Assembly (NCBI GenBank): GCA_034226945.1
Contig: CP120457.1
Span: 930,001 to 994,000, forward strand
Origin: Picochlorum sp. SENEW3
Lineage: Eukaryota
DNA length: 64,000 bases
Reading direction: 5' to 3'
Shown here: one piece after another, positions 8,751-19,783 of the stretch
Position numbering within the stretch: position 1 is the stretch's first letter
Layout of the letters: each line of letters begins with the position of its first letter
Made by a program: the position numbers and the translations under genes
Notes under the pieces: generated by a model
What the model was told of the DNA's origin: nothing
The model's database searches: none
Seen by the model: the letters and a program-made list of their open reading frames with translations, nothing else

Positions 8751-10097
8751 TTACGATACATCAGGAATATCACCCAAGATGTCCCCAAAATCAGTTGCCA
8801 AGTCTTCTGTCATCATCAGTTCCACCATGGCAGGATCAATCATCCCTATCCAATCTTCACTCTCTACTTTCTCCCGACCACTTGAGTTCTGTGAATTATC
8901 TTTACTGTTTGATTGTAACCTGGAACTCACTCGTTCCAAAGATGCCATCTCTGGAATGGATTGTGGAAAGACTGCTTGATCTCCTGCTGATGGGGAAATC
9001 CTGGCCGGCAGTGACGACGTAGACGGCTTTTTCGATCGATACTTCATCTTCCCAGAGCGAGAAGAAGTAATAGCAAAGGCCCCATCTGGGCAGTCATCCT
9101 CTGACTCAGTGGACACCCTCCTTCGATCAGGAATCTCTTGGACCCTTTTCCATCTAGAATCCATTCCAGGGCAAATTGGTGGAGGGACCATGTACAAATC
9201 TTCATGCTGACGCAATAGGGACGTATTCACATCTTCTTCATACCTTGCCATATTACGTTTCCGCACCGTTTTGATCTTCTTCTTCTTCATCAGATTCTGA
9301 AGATTTGAGTTGCTCAGCCGTGTCCCAAGCCTCCTCGAGCTCTTATCAGATTTCTTCATGCCTCCTCCAATATGATCATCAATATTAGACGCATTATTTC
9401 CATATACATCAGCAGAAGTAGCCATATGCGCTACAGGCATCGTCCCAACATTCAAATCTTGCCTGCCTGGCATTTGAAAATCAAGAGGGCCATGTGATTC
9501 ATTCATCATCATTCTGACATCATCCACTGAGCATGATACCAAGTTGTATCTCATTAAATTGTTTATTATCATTTCTGTGATCCTCACAAAATCCATATCA
9601 TCATTATTTTGGACAATCTCAATAACCCCAAGGGACTCTTCAGGCATAGATGCATCAAACAGAGGGAACAAAATACACGACTGAATTGAGCAAAGCTTTG
9701 CACTAGACTGCCTGTGGTAATCACTAATATCCATCTTTTGTACATTTGAGCTAAATTCAGGCTTCGAATACAAGTACACCCTTCCAGGAGCCCCCAGTTC
9801 CCGCGGTTTTGCCCCATCCGTCCCAAACTCAAACCGACAAGACAGACACCTGAACAATGCCAGGAAATCAGCCCCTTGAGACCCAGCTATGAAAAATGGC
9901 TGACCCTTTGTACACAATTGCACAGTAGTTCCATCTTCAAGGGTATGTGGAAGCCAAACTTGACACAGTAGCCCTGAAAGCGCAGCCTGCTGGTCAAACA
10001 CATCCATGTACTGTTCCTGGAACGACACCAGCACCCGAGCAATATTCTTGCACAGCATCTCTCTCCGTGTCTCACCCATTAGAAACCTGTGTCCCAT
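8751..10097 (-). CDS. NIT2/NIN-like-protein (NLP) N-terminal GAF-like domain protein; no intact RWP-RK motif seen
   Basis: LLCQVWLP, LCTKGQPF, LALFRCLSCRFEF, LGAPGRVY..PEFSSNVQ, CSIQSCILFPLFD and LGVIEIV match the NLP/NIT2 nitrate-response region. The gene is divergent from NR. Confidence 0.8.
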   Translation of the reverse strand: MGHRFLMGETRREMLCKNIARVLVSFQEQYMDVFDQQAALSGLLCQVWLPHTLEDGTTVQLCTKGQPFFIAGSQGADFLALFRCLSCRFEFGTDGAKPRELGAPGRVYLYSKPEFSSNVQKMDISDYHRQSSAKLCSIQSCILFPLFDASMPEESLGVIEIVQNNDDMDFVRITEMIINNLMRYNLVSCSVDDVRMMMNESHGPLDFQMPGRQDLNVGTMPVAHMATSADVYGNNASNIDDHIGGGMKKSDKSSRRLGTRLSNSNLQNLMKKKKIKTVRKRNMARYEEDVNTSLLRQHEDLYMVPPPICPGMDSRWKRVQEIPDRRRVSTESEDDCPDGAFAITSSRSGKMKYRSKKPSTSSLPARISPSAGDQAVFPQSIPEMASLERVSSRLQSNSKDNSQNSSGREKVESEDWIGMIDPAMVELMMTEDLATDFGDILGDIPDVS

Positions 10098-11170
10098 AAA
10101 AATACAATGTACTAGTCATCGATTCCATTCGGCGAAGATTGTGCTCGACTTGAGAAGAAAAAAAGAAGAAAAGGCACGTGGTAGGGTATCGGAAACATGT
10201 CCCCAAACTTGCCTCCCTCGTGTATATACATCAGAGAACGTACCGAACTGTTATGTATCAAAAACTCAGTAGTTTCTGTCCATTGACGTCGCAATTATAT
10301 CATCAACAACGGAAGTAACACTCTTCTGGGGTTTGCAAGTCCGTTTGCAGCCAATGCACATTGGTTATTCTTCGATACTGAGCCGACTGAATCGATACTA
10401 CGAATTATTTTTTATTGTAGTACTGCAAAGCGGATGCAGGGGACTCTATTGGTCATGGTTTGTGCCTGGCATGAGAACCCTTGGGCGACACTTGCCATGG
10501 CAACCAAGACTCGGCATGATGTCGATTCATAGTTTCTCATGGTTCCGTACGTATCGATCAAGTGATCAAGGAAGTACATGGTTGCATGGGATATGAAGTA
10601 CAGTAGGCTTTCTTTGCCATGAGAGAGCCAGAGGCTTTGGACTGTGCTCAGCTCTCGGGCCCAGAATGCTGTCAACAAGAGCCTCTGCGATCCGGCAAAG
10701 TAGTGTCAATCAAATTCAGAATACTGTAGTATTCTGTCCTCGTGATGAGAGGAAAATGAATGCATCTTGGGTGAGACACTACTCTGGAATATTCATTGTC
10801 AGTCAACAATTTGCCAATACAGCATATGCTCAAGGATGTGAAGACTTTCTTTTCTCTCGAATGGAAAAAGAATGATTCTGATAGTTTTAATTTAATTAGC
10901 CTGACACTCGGCCGAGACGGCATCCACGCCGCGGTTCCGAGTTGTATAAAACCATGGTCATATGTTTGACCTCTTGCATGGATGAACATCAATTTGCATG
11001 AAGATCAGCGATTGCCTATACAGTATCGATGGATGCGTTGTCATTTTCAAAAAGATACATCTTTAAGGAGACCAGCAACCATGTGGGCATGCTCTTGTAT
11101 CAAATGGATAAGAGGAAGCATGATCAAAGTCCAGACCTACTCCTACCCTGGCTCATGAGGAGATTCAGTT

Positions 11171-11192
11171 TGAGTCTGAGTCCGCTGACTCA
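11171..11192. promoter_or_regulatory. TGAGTC-TGAGTC-TGACTCA element in the NR promoter
   Basis: TGAGTCTGAGTCCGCTGACTCA lies about 165-185 bp upstream of the NR ATG. Confidence 0.45.
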
Positions 11193-11355
11193 CATACATC
11201 AGGGTTTTCCATGAACCATGAACAGAAGGAAGGCATTGCTGATAATCTAATTCTCACATTTAATTACATTTCATGATTTTTAAAACACATCAGTTGTAGT
11301 CTTTTGACCTTAATCTCACTGTGGGATTTTTCAACTGGGTGATACTGTCTTCAAG

Positions 11356-13900
11356 ATGATCAAGCAAGGTGATTTTCCTGAGGCATCCAACGGGGGTGTG
11401 GTTGGCATTTGCAAAGACGATATTGGGACAAAAGATGAATGGATTCATCGGGATCCTGGGCTTATCCGGCTGACAGGAAGGCACCCGTTCAACTGGTATG
11501 TGGTGATGATGCATGAGACAACAGAGTGAGCGCACTGTGGCGTTAACCCTCACATGTTTGTAACATTGCAGTGAACCAACAGTCGCCAAGCTTGCAGAGA
11601 GATTTATTACGTATCCAAAGGATCACTATGTGCGAAATCACGGGGCAGTCCCTCGGAAAACGTGGGAAGAGCACAGGCTGGTCGTGTGTGGTAATGGGGT
11701 TGAGACACGCACATTTACCATGGATGACATTATTCAATTGCCATCTGTTGACGTCACATGCACATTGACATGTGCTGGAAACAGAAGAAAAGAACAGAAT
11801 ATGAAAAAGCAGACTATTGGGTTCAGTTGGGGATCAAGTGGTACCAGCTGCTCAACATGGACAGGTGTTAGGCTTGGCCACATTTTGGAATTGTGCGGAG
11901 TTTCTCCCGAACGACGATCAGAGGATGAATATGTGTGGCTTGATGGTCCAGAAGGGGAGCTTCCTGCTGGTGACAAGGGTATCTACGGAACATCGATCAC
12001 AATGTTGCGGGCTTTGGATCCTGCATTTGATGTCATCTTGGCATACAAGCAGAATGGAGACTGGTTGACACCGGATCATGGATTTCCCATACGAACTATC
12101 ATTCCTGGATATATTGGAGGTCGAATGATCAAATTCATCGAGAAGATTACCGTGAGCGATAGGGAGAGTGATAATCATTACCACTATATGGACAACAGAG
12201 TTTTGCCATCTCATGTGGATGCAGAAACAGCAACGAAAGAAGGATGGTGGTACAAGCCAGATTACATCATCAATGACCTGAATATCAACAGTGCAATATT
12301 CTCTCCTGATCAAGGAAATGTGGTGTCGTTTGAGCCCGGTAAATCTCTCAAGGTGACTGGATATGCATACAGCAATGGCAACAAAATCATCAGATGTGAG
12401 GTGAGCATTGATGGTTGCAAGACATGGAGACTTGCTGACGTTACGAATAGGCATCCTCCAAGTAAGTATGGAAAGCACTGGGCGTGGGTATGGTGGAGCA
12501 TTAAGATCCCACATGATGAACTCCTTGGGACTGAGGAAATTGTCTGCAGAGCGTGGGACTCTGCCCAAAACACACAGCCCAACACATTCACATGGAATGC
12601 CATGGGAATGATGAATAACTGTGTGTTCAGGTGTAAAGTCCATAAAGAGCCATTTGCTGGAAAGTTTTGTTTCCGATTTGAGCATCCAACTGTGGCCGGG
12701 GCTAATCCAGGTGGCTGGATGGAGCGGGAAGCATTGGCTGCTCAGCAAGACACGGTTGCCCTGCCCCCCAAGAAAGTCGAAAAACATGCTGGAACGGTCA
12801 AATTTACAATGGAGGAGGTCGAGAAACACGATTCAAAAGAAAGTGCTTGGTTTGTATATCATGGAAAGGTGTATGATGCGACTCCATTCCTTAAAGATCA
12901 CCCAGGAGGTGCTGATTCCATTCTCTTGGTAGCTGGTACAGATGCAACAGAAGAATTTGATGCAATTCACTCGACCAAGGCCAAAAACATGTTGATTGAG
13001 TACTATATTGGGGATCTTGTTTCTGAGGGTGTTGACACACCATCAGGAGATGATGCATTATCACCATCCTCGACAACTCCGGACTTGAGAGCCGCAGCTG
13101 TTCCTGTGGTTGAGGAGCCTGTGGCATTAAACCCCAAGAAGAAGCTTGAATTTCCTCTCATTGAGAAGAAGATACTATCTCATAATGTTATCAAGATGAG
13201 ATTTGGACTTCCATCAAAAGATCACAAGTTTGGGTTGCCTGTTGGAAAGCATGTGTTTTTGTATGCCAAGGTGAATGGGGAGACGGTCATGAGAGCATAC
13301 ACGCCGACATCTAGCGACCACGATCTCGGTTACTTTGATCTTGTTATCAAAGTATACCGCTCAAATGAGCATCCAAAATTCCCCGAGGGAGGTAAAATGT
13401 CGCAGTATCTTGACAGTCTTTCTCTTGGCGACTGTATCACAGTAAAAGGACCTGTTGGCCATGTTGAATACCTTGGGAAGGGTCGGTATCTGCTGGATGG
13501 CGAGGAAAGGTTCGCAACAGCCTTCAATCTTCTTGCCGGAGGAACTGGTATCACTCCCTGCTATCAAATCATGAAGGCAATTTTGAGAGATCCTGAAGAC
13601 ACAACAAAGGTCTCATTCCTCTATGCAAACAACTCGGAGGATGACATTCTGCTCAAAGAGGAACTAGACCAGATGTCCAAAGACAGCCGTTTCACGATCT
13701 GGCACACTCTAACCACCCCTCCTGAGAACTGGAGGTACTCCTCAGGTTTCATATCTCCACAAATGTGCAAAGATCATCTGTTGCCTCATTCAGACAATAC
13801 CATTGCATGCATGTGTGGACCACCTCCAATGATTGAGTTTGCATGCAAGCCTTCACTAAAAGAAATGGGCTTTGATCAATCCCAGATGATTGAGTTTTAA
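11356..13900 (+). CDS. NIA1: Assimilatory nitrate reductase (Moco-cyt b5-FAD), 822 aa; exons 11356-11495, 11572-13900
   Basis: Exon 1 DEWIHRDPGLIRLTGRHPFNC|EP, then YVRNHG, Moco-binding TCAGNRRKE, heme-binding HPGG, RAYTPTS, AGGTGITP and CGPPPMI. Confidence 0.98.
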
Positions 13901-14004
13901 GTTCTTGCATGGCCTTTTGATTGCTGATTTAATGAAAGTTTACATTGCATTTAATAATTCATAGCGCCCGTGTGTGTCAAATAAAATCAAAGCATTACAA
14001 AATC

Positions 14005-14322
14005 TCAAAACCGTTTGAATGGCCTTGTCTCATGAAAACATAATCCAATCAAAGCGAAGAATAGCCAGGCAGTAAACTTATATTCCTTGCTTGAATCGTC
14101 CTTTTGATATGTCACAATGGAACCAATGCATGCAACCAACCCCATCAAGAATCCAACACAATACCTAAACTGTAGCCAAGGAGTTGTGAGCTCCTGCCAA
14201 ACTGTACGCTTATTCTTATTACTCTGTACTGACGGTTCTATCGGTTGTTGCTCTACACCCTTCCTGCTTTTCCGCTGTCTCAGCTCTACAGCAGCACCAG
14301 TCTTGGCAGAGGACCTAGGCAT
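14005..14322 (-). CDS. Orphan 105-aa membrane protein (basic N-terminus, two C-terminal hydrophobic helices)
   Basis: First ATG at 14322. Hydrophobic segments FRYCVGFLMGLVACIGSIVTY and FTAWLFFALIGLCF. It fills the gap between NR and NRT2. Confidence 0.7.
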   Translation of the reverse strand: MPRSSAKTGAAVELRQRKSRKGVEQQPIEPSVQSNKNKRTVWQELTTPWLQFRYCVGFLMGLVACIGSIVTYQKDDSSKEYKFTAWLFFALIGLCFHETRPFKRF

Positions 14323-14492
14323 ACTCAATACGTTTTCCACAGAAATCTCGGTTTCTTCGAGAATGGGCGTAAATATCGTCAATATTAAATTAGAGTAAAA
14401 ATTATCGCTGCAATTACGCGGTGGAATTCAAAATATAGATTCAATCTGCCCAAACCAAACCTAGGGCACGGTCATATGCATATGACGCAACC

Positions 14493-14525
14493 CAGACTCA
14501 ATTGCAATTCTGAGTCTGCAGACTC
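14493..14525. promoter_or_regulatory. CAGACTCA-N10-TGAGTCTG inverted repeat overlapping a GAGTCTGCAGACTC palindrome
   Basis: Read directly from the sequence. The 15-mer TGAGTCTGCAGACTC (14511-14525) recurs at 19551-19565. Confidence 0.55.
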
Positions 14526-14558
14526 TTCATTCATGGATCTGATTGAGCTTTGACACCC

Positions 14559-14588
14559 ATCGTCCATCCACCATCATGGATGGACGAT
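14559..14588. repeat. Perfect 12-bp inverted repeat with 6-nt loop
   Basis: ATCGTCCATCCA-CCATCA-TGGATGGACGAT. Confidence 0.8.
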
Positions 14589-14842
14589 ATCTCATACTCG
14601 CTCTTATTCTCATGTATGTATCGCATCGGATGAATTGACTGCGCCAGCCTGGAGAAGAAGAAGTCCTGGCTCCAAAGTGCACGTGGGCCAATGCATTACT
14701 GCACCATTACCAGGCCTTGGAAAGATCCACAGAGACTTGTGCATATGATTGATTACAGCTCTAGCCTTCTAGTGTACATTATATTTTAACATCGAAACGC
14801 AAATTTACATGAAAAAAAATCGTTATTGTTACTATCAAATCA

Positions 14843-16369
14843 TCAAACTTCCATGTCGGATTCCTGTTTCTCCAGCTCGGCAGCTGCCTTGAAACCTCTC
14901 TGAGATCTGGATTCGTTGGCAAACTTGAGAACCTGAAGATGGAGTCCCTGTTTGATTTCTTCCTCAGAGAAGTCCTTGAGGTAGTATGATTCCTCGCTTC
15001 CCTGAGGATTTCCCTTCAAGAACATGGATCCCCATCCAGCAATTGGGAAGTGCACCAATGGGAGACACACCGAGGTGACTGCAATGATCATCACTCCCAT
15101 CCATTTAAATCCTTCTGCAGTAGTCATCGATGCAGATGTGAAGAAAATAGCCTGAGTGATAGCTGCTCCTGTATTGCCTCCTGCTCCAACCATTCCAGAG
15201 GCTGAGCCAAGTCCTCTCTTTGTGATGAATGGAACTATTCCATAGGAGGCTCCGCATGCCATTGGGACCAAGATTGACCAGAAGGCTACGACAAGCATTG
15301 TCAGCCCAAGGCTACTCTTGGCGTAGAACATGAGCAGAGAGCAAATCCCCCCTCCAACCTGTACAATCCATAACGCCCAAAGACGTCCTCTCATGCCAAA
15401 GTATTTGCAGACATAGTCAGACAAAATTCCACCAAGACCTCTTGCAAAGATGTTTGTCAGGGAGAAGACAGCTCCCAACAGCGATGCTGTTGACAATGAG
15501 AGAGAGAACTGATCGTAAAGATATGGTGAAATGTTGTTGTCAACTGTCAGCTCCACGCCAAAGCAGTATCCATAGGAAAGGAACATGAGCCATGTGCGAT
15601 AATTGCTGTAGGCAGCAATGGTAGACTTTCCACCCTTGGTCACCAAAGCTCCCTCCTTCTTTAACTGACTATATTGTCCATCTGGAAGATCTTGGGCAAA
15701 TGCCAAGATGATGAGTCCAATAATAATCTGGGCCGAGCCTGGGATAAACATGGCTGCTCTCCAGGCAATGAAGGATGGCTGATGAAGGTTGATGCCCTCA
15801 TAAATGAATGGCATGATCAAATGAGTAAATCCTGCTCCAGCATTACCCCATCCTGCCCCAAAGGCATTCGCACTTCCAACAACCTTCACGTTAAACATAA
15901 CAGAGGACCAGAATTGGCAGCTCACAAATGTAGCAAGCGAAAACCCAATCACCATACGAACAACGATGAATCCACCAGCATTCGTTACAGCTGCCATGCA
16001 CATTGTGGCAGCTGACGTCAACAGCTGTAGGAATGCATGTCCATAACGAGGTCCATATGTATCACAAACCAGTCCAAGGGTCAAACGAGAAAAGATGGCA
16101 CCAGTCACAGAAGATATCGCAGCACCAGAGACATCAGTTTTTGTCAAGTCAAGGTTCTCACGAATCACTGGTAAGAGTGGTGGTACAGCAAACGTTGCAA
16201 AGAATGCCAAGAAGAAACTCACCCAACTTGCTTGAAATGACCGGTGGTGTGGGAATTGAAATGACCAGGGCTTGAAGACCTTTGACTTGTGTTCACTGTC
16301 GACAGGAACATTGAAGGTTTTGATATCAGAGAAGGAAGAACTGCTCTTGGGTGATTCCTTCTCACTCAT
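14843..16369 (-). CDS. NRT2: High-affinity nitrate/nitrite transporter (MFS, NRT2 family)
   Basis: VPVDSEHK, nitrate signatures AGWGNAG and VGAGGNTG, YGYCFGVELTVDN and FGMRGRLW. The start is taken at MSEKES; an in-frame ATG at 16390 also exists. Confidence 0.97.
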   Translation of the reverse strand: MSEKESPKSSSSFSDIKTFNVPVDSEHKSKVFKPWSFQFPHHRSFQASWVSFFLAFFATFAVPPLLPVIRENLDLTKTDVSGAAISSVTGAIFSRLTLGLVCDTYGPRYGHAFLQLLTSAATMCMAAVTNAGGFIVVRMVIGFSLATFVSCQFWSSVMFNVKVVGSANAFGAGWGNAGAGFTHLIMPFIYEGINLHQPSFIAWRAAMFIPGSAQIIIGLIILAFAQDLPDGQYSQLKKEGALVTKGGKSTIAAYSNYRTWLMFLSYGYCFGVELTVDNNISPYLYDQFSLSLSTASLLGAVFSLTNIFARGLGGILSDYVCKYFGMRGRLWALWIVQVGGGICSLLMFYAKSSLGLTMLVVAFWSILVPMACGASYGIVPFITKRGLGSASGMVGAGGNTGAAITQAIFFTSASMTTAEGFKWMGVMIIAVTSVCLPLVHFPIAGWGSMFLKGNPQGSEESYYLKDFSEEEIKQGLHLQVLKFANESRSQRGFKAAAELEKQESDMEV

Positions 16370-16789
16370 GGTGCAGTATCTGCAAGTCATACATAGGTTC
16401 GTTCAAGAAGCTTTTGACACCAGACCAGGAAGAAGAAGCAAACTGCTCTTGGATGGAATTCCTTAAACTGTATGCTAGTTTCTGAGGCAGAGAGACAATG
16501 TGCAACATACCGTGTATCTTTAAGCGACGATCAGTAATCAAATTGAATTAAATTATTATTGTGTGATAAACAAAGGCAGATCAAGGGAATATATTACAGT
16601 CTGAGATTGTTTCAAAGCCCTACTGAGCCTCTGAGCCCGTGAGCACAACCTTGTTGGCTAGGTAAACTCAACCCACTGAGTCTACCCTAGTTCATTCTGA
16701 TTTGCTATTGGATCATCCAAATGGCTAGGTTTCCTTCTTATATATCACTATCATTAATATAAATTTGAATTAATACCAACTGGGTCGCC

Positions 16790-17534
16790 ATGTGTCGTAT
16801 TCTGAACAAATTCCTGATTGTCGCATTGATTGCTGCGCTCTTCCTTGTTCAAGGGTCTGAGGGAGCTGCTGCCTTGTCCAAAGGCATTCCAGACAATGAC
16901 ACCACAGCGAGTACGTTGATTGTATATGGTAATAGTCACTCTCAAGTATCTGTATCATGTTGTGGTTTCAATGTTTGCAGCATATTCTGGTATAAGTCCA
17001 CCAAAGTACAATGTTGAGCTTGGATACATCATCAACGGGTCTGAGGAGAACCCAGCCCCATGTGATAACCCTGCGTCTGATGCAAGTTGCATGACAACTC
17101 TGCAAGCTTCTGAAGACTCTGTATTGATCAGATACGCTGTGAAGCCAGGGTACTCTGTGAACAAGACATCTACCATCAGGATTCAGATGTGCTATGGGCC
17201 AGATAACATTATAGACAGACCATGGAGAAAGTTCGACAATGTCATCTCCGAGAACAAGCAATGTGGGTTTGATCTGGTGACCAACCTTTCTCCGGAAGGA
17301 GAGTACACATATCTCGTGACAGAGAATGCTCCAAGCTCTGTCTATTTTATCCAGGTTCTGGAGGTCTGTGATGATGGTACATACTGCTCCTTTGGAAACA
17401 GCACCTACTTCAATGTCAACCAGATTGAGGACACCCCATCTTGGTTGATGGGAATCACTGGAGCATTGGCTGCTCTGGGGCCATTGTCTCTGATTGGCTT
17501 CTTCTTGGTTGAGCACAAGATGAAGAAAAACTAG
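16790..17534 (+). CDS. NAR2: Nitrate transport accessory protein NAR2/NRT3; exons 16790-16910, 16981-17534
   Basis: Signal peptide, CYGP..IDRPWRK..ISENKQC signature and a single C-terminal TM helix. Divergent from NRT2. Confidence 0.92.
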
Positions 17535-17672
17535 ATCTCCTGTATTTGATAATTTTTTACCATTGGGAATAATGATGTAATTTGATTTGCTTTTATCTAT
17601 CTTAATATCGATATAGTCTTTTACAAAATATAATACATACTACAGTAGTATCCAATCATTGCATTATTATTA

Positions 17673-19430
17673 TTATTTTGCCCTTGCTCCAAAATGATCA
17701 ATAAGAATGCGAGACAGGGCTGGAACAGCATCATCAGCTGGAATGGCCTTTTCGAATTCGGTTGCAAGCTTTGGATTCTCTCCAATTTCTCCTCCAAGGA
17801 AGATACGCACACCTTCCACGGCCTTGCCATCCTTCTTTGCAGGGGCACCCATAAGCCCCACGTCTGCCACCTGAGCCTGACCACATGAATTTGGACAGCC
17901 GGTCCAGTGGATTCGTACGAGACTGGGAATCTCTAAAGTCTCCTCTAGCTCTTGTATGATCTTCATAGCTCTATTTTTGGTCTCAATTAATGCCAAGCCA
18001 CAAAACTGGGCTCCTGTACATGATACAAGTCCCCGCATCAAGTTTCCTGGCATAATTTCAAACTTTTTGAAAATTTCTTCGCTCTGTAATGCTGGAATAT
18101 CGGATTCGTCAACATTAGGAATGACCACATTTTGCTCTACGCTCACGCGTACTGTACCCTCACCGTACTTTTCACACACATTGGCCAAATCAACAAAATC
18201 CTTGGCAACCAGCCTTCCTGCTGGAATACATGCCCCAATCCAGTATTTTCCCTTTTGCTTCTGCGGATGGATACCCACAATATCCCGCCTTTGAAATTCT
18301 GTATCATACGTGACATGAACTTCCCCTGGAAGGTCTTCCAAACCCATACGTTGAGCAATCATCTTGCGGAATTCTGTGACACCAATAGCTTCGACCAACC
18401 ACATCAGTCTTGCTTTCTGGCGGTCCAATCTCTCTCCATGGTCCCTAAAGACTTCCATGAGAGCTATACAATAAGGTGTCACCTGGTCAGGGGTGATGAA
18501 CGTGTCGCCAGGGATGCTCATGGTGTTTCTCTTGATGCTGAAATACCCACCAAGCTCTACATTGAATCCCACCTGTCCATCTGGCCCAACCACAGCTTTC
18601 AAACCAACATCATTGATATGACAATGAGCAAAATCATCTCTACTTGTAGAGATACCCACATTGATTTTGCGGGGAAGATTGGTAAGTGCTGCATTGCCCT
18701 TGCCATGGTTGGTAACGACATCATTCAGTTCTTGAACAAGAGGCCTTGAATCAATCAGCTCTTCCGGGTCAATACCAGCTATTGGAGATCCTGTTATATT
18801 TCTAATATTATCCATACCACTCATCAAACTACTCAGACCAACATCACGAAGTGTCTCAATTACTCTATCAGCATCATCAAGTGGAATCCCCCTGAGCTGA
18901 ATATTCGCCCTCGTCGTCACATCACCACAACCATCCTCACCATACGGTTCAATGCATGCAGCCAAGGATCTCAGTTGATTAGCATCAAGAACACCATTCG
19001 GTACCTTGAGCCGCATCATAAATTTACCCGGAGTCCTCTTTGCCCTATGAAACAACCCAGCCCATTTCATTCTGATATCCACATCATCCAAATTCAAATC
19101 TTCCCAAGCAACATCACCCTTTCGTAACATCTTGGCAAGGTCTTCCACCTCATCCCACATGGTACTCCCGCATTTCTTGGCCTTGATCTTTTCAAATTTG
19201 TTGGATTTTTTATTCCCCAGGATACGCAGCTGTGTCTCTTCTGGGAGATACTTGAGGCCACTCTTCTCCATATCAATATTCTGCTCATCCTTGAGCTGTT
19301 CAAGGGAGGGAGAAGAATCTACATGTTGCGATCCACATGCCTGTCGTGCCAATCGTGTTGTACATTCTTGTCTTCTTCTTCTCCTGGAAAGTGGTACACT
19401 GCCATATTTGGTAGCAGCAGTTGGCCTCAT
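17673..19430 (-). CDS. NII1: Ferredoxin-nitrite reductase, plastid
   Basis: KFMMRLKVPNG, TTRANIQLRG, NLPRKINV, and siroheme/4Fe-4S cysteines CTGAQFC and GCPNSCGQ. The first ATG (MRPTAA) begins a transit-peptide-like segment. Confidence 0.97.
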   Translation of the reverse strand: MRPTAATKYGSVPLSRRRRRQECTTRLARQACGSQHVDSSPSLEQLKDEQNIDMEKSGLKYLPEETQLRILGNKKSNKFEKIKAKKCGSTMWDEVEDLAKMLRKGDVAWEDLNLDDVDIRMKWAGLFHRAKRTPGKFMMRLKVPNGVLDANQLRSLAACIEPYGEDGCGDVTTRANIQLRGIPLDDADRVIETLRDVGLSSLMSGMDNIRNITGSPIAGIDPEELIDSRPLVQELNDVVTNHGKGNAALTNLPRKINVGISTSRDDFAHCHINDVGLKAVVGPDGQVGFNVELGGYFSIKRNTMSIPGDTFITPDQVTPYCIALMEVFRDHGERLDRQKARLMWLVEAIGVTEFRKMIAQRMGLEDLPGEVHVTYDTEFQRRDIVGIHPQKQKGKYWIGACIPAGRLVAKDFVDLANVCEKYGEGTVRVSVEQNVVIPNVDESDIPALQSEEIFKKFEIMPGNLMRGLVSCTGAQFCGLALIETKNRAMKIIQELEETLEIPSLVRIHWTGCPNSCGQAQVADVGLMGAPAKKDGKAVEGVRIFLGGEIGENPKLATEFEKAIPADDAVPALSRILIDHFGARAK

Positions 19431-19549
19431 TGTTACTCTCTGACGTCGTACGCAGTCTGTTGTCAATAAAAGCGTTATAATAATATTTATTTCATATTGG
19501 TGGCTTGCCTGAGGCTGATAATGATGAGATTCGCCTCCCAAGGTTTCGA

Positions 19550-19596
19550 GTGAGTCTGCAGACTCACACTCACTGGGGTGAGTGCGTGAGACTCAC
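19550..19596. promoter_or_regulatory. Nested palindromes in the NiR/MOT1 bidirectional promoter
   Basis: Perfect 18-bp palindrome GTGAGTCTGCAGACTCAC (19550-19567), CACTCAC-N4-GTGAGTG (19567-19584) and GTGAG-A-CTCAC (19586-19596). Confidence 0.6.
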
Positions 19597-19783
19597 CTTG
19601 TTCTTCCGTCGAGAAACCCTTGATCGAGGTTAATACCTTAATAATGAGGCCTTCAAGAATTTGCATTATAGCTCTTGATTGAGATGGATTTTATGCAGTA
19701 AAGAAATCTGCATAGGAGGATGTAATCGCTGCACACCACTCTCTCTTTATTTATGTGCAAAACCAGAAGAAGATATATAGAAG

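Noticed and set aside
10100..11350. Short ORFs between the NIT2-like gene and NR
   Set aside because: No motif or consistent splice model was found; treated as a bidirectional promoter/UTR region.
11918..12829. 303-aa minus-strand ORF; similarly 43955-44716 opposite catalase
   Set aside because: These are antisense shadows of NR and catalase.
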